The notes beneath the pieces were generated by a model. The model saw only the letters and a program-made list of their open reading frames with translations. It did not search any database and was not told the origin of the DNA. Shown one piece after another: positions 63,101 to 64,000 of a stretch of DNA of 64,000 nt. Source of the DNA: Chrysomallon squamiferum (Eukaryota > Animalia > Mollusca); contig CM022665.1 of the NCBI GenBank assembly GCA_012295275.1, positions 48,918,001 to 48,982,000 on the forward strand, in the 5' to 3' direction. The position numbers and the translations under genes are program-made. Every line of letters starts with the position of its first letter. Within the stretch, counting starts at the first letter, position 1.

Positions 63101-64000
63101 AAAAGTGGAATAGTCAAAGTGGCTGATATTGCTTATGAAGTAATACCAGGTTTTCTTCCTTTTACAGCTATTGTAGAAATTATTCATGAAAAATCTCCAG
63201 AATTATCCAAAAACCAAATTTATATAGCTTACAATGTTATTAAGAAATCACTTCCAGATGAATGGAAAAGTTCTATTAACAGAAATGCTAAAAAATTAAC
63301 TTCTAATAAAGATTTATTTTTGTTTCAGAATAATGAAATGATAAATGTCAATAAATTTACAGCTAAAATAATTTATTCTATTTTAATTTTAAAAAACTTT
63401 AAAGCACCAACTTGTGAAGAAAAATGGAATGAGCTTGGTTTTAATATATTCTGGAGACCAGTTTGGAAATGGATACACTATAGTGATAAATTTACTGAAT
63501 TTATAGACTTAGATTTTAGAATAGTTCATCATATAATATATACATATAACAAATTATATAAATATGGCAAAATCTCATCTAGTGTATGTCCAGTGTGTTT
63601 GAAGGATGATGAAGATTTGTGCCATTTATTTTTGTATTGTGAAGAATTGAAGGAATTAATATCAATCTTTCATGAAATATGTATTTATATATTTAAGAAA
63701 ACAGGGTTTTCTCTAGAACAATTAAAAAGATTATTAATATTTGGATGTTATCTCAAAATTGAAAATAGTACAATAGAATTTATTAATATTATTCTTTCAA
63801 TTTATAGAATAACAGTGTTCAAAAAGGCGTGTAATAGCTCAAATGAAAGGAACAAATATCAATATAATACATTTTTTTAGAAATTATATGTATCAGTGCT
63901 TTAAAATCATTCTAAATCAATATCGTATTCAAAACAAACTTTCAATTTTTATTAACAAATATGTTAAGAACAATATTTTCCTAGAACTAAAAGATGACAT
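60151..64000 (+). CDS. Tx1-type ORF2 (APE endonuclease, reverse transcriptase, zinc finger), multiple frameshifts
   Basis: SINVNGL, FLQETFW, INVYAPN, IMAGDFND, DIWRHRNP, SRIDLFLIS, SDHN; KSPGLDGLTVEFY, NFRPISLLNVDYKIIAK, IDQEKAFDRVSH, GVRQGCPISMMLY, QHADD, KILGI; CPVCLKDDEDLCHLFLYC. Confidence 0.93.

Larger units (their letters stand above)
58894..64000 (+). mobile_element. Tx1/L1-clade non-LTR retrotransposon, apparently 5'-complete; 3' end lies beyond the window
   Basis: Starts GACTTCCGGTTATGGTGGCG after a T35 run; ~84-nt 5'UTR; ORF1 with zinc knuckles; ORF2 with APE endonuclease, RT and C-terminal CCHC; intronless, A-rich sense strand. Confidence 0.95.

Overview
AT-rich, intron-rich animal genomic DNA (invertebrate, plausibly a mollusc, but not provable from this window). 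Left to right it contains: the 3' part (27 exons) of a fused NADH-dependent glutamate synthase (+, to 19628); OSCP1 (-, 10 exons); a CYP39A1-like cytochrome P450 (+, 13 exons, one GC-AG intron); an uncharacterised spliced gene (-); nudC (+, 9 exons, with an L2/CR1 relic in the last intron); a tandemly duplicated [tRNA-Arg(TCG) + U6 snRNA] Pol III unit; and an apparently 5'-complete Tx1/L1-clade retrotransposon that starts in the T-run right behind the second U6 gene and runs off the window. Two signals stand out. (1) The element may be a U6-associated, site-specific Tx1. (2) In all five protein genes, intronic tandem repeats are anchored at splice junctions and often copy the splice site plus a few exon bases, giving arrays of decoy acceptors or donors. 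Several exons and the retrotransposon ORFs carry indels or garbling that look like consensus errors. Exon coordinates were read by eye and nothing was searched against databases.
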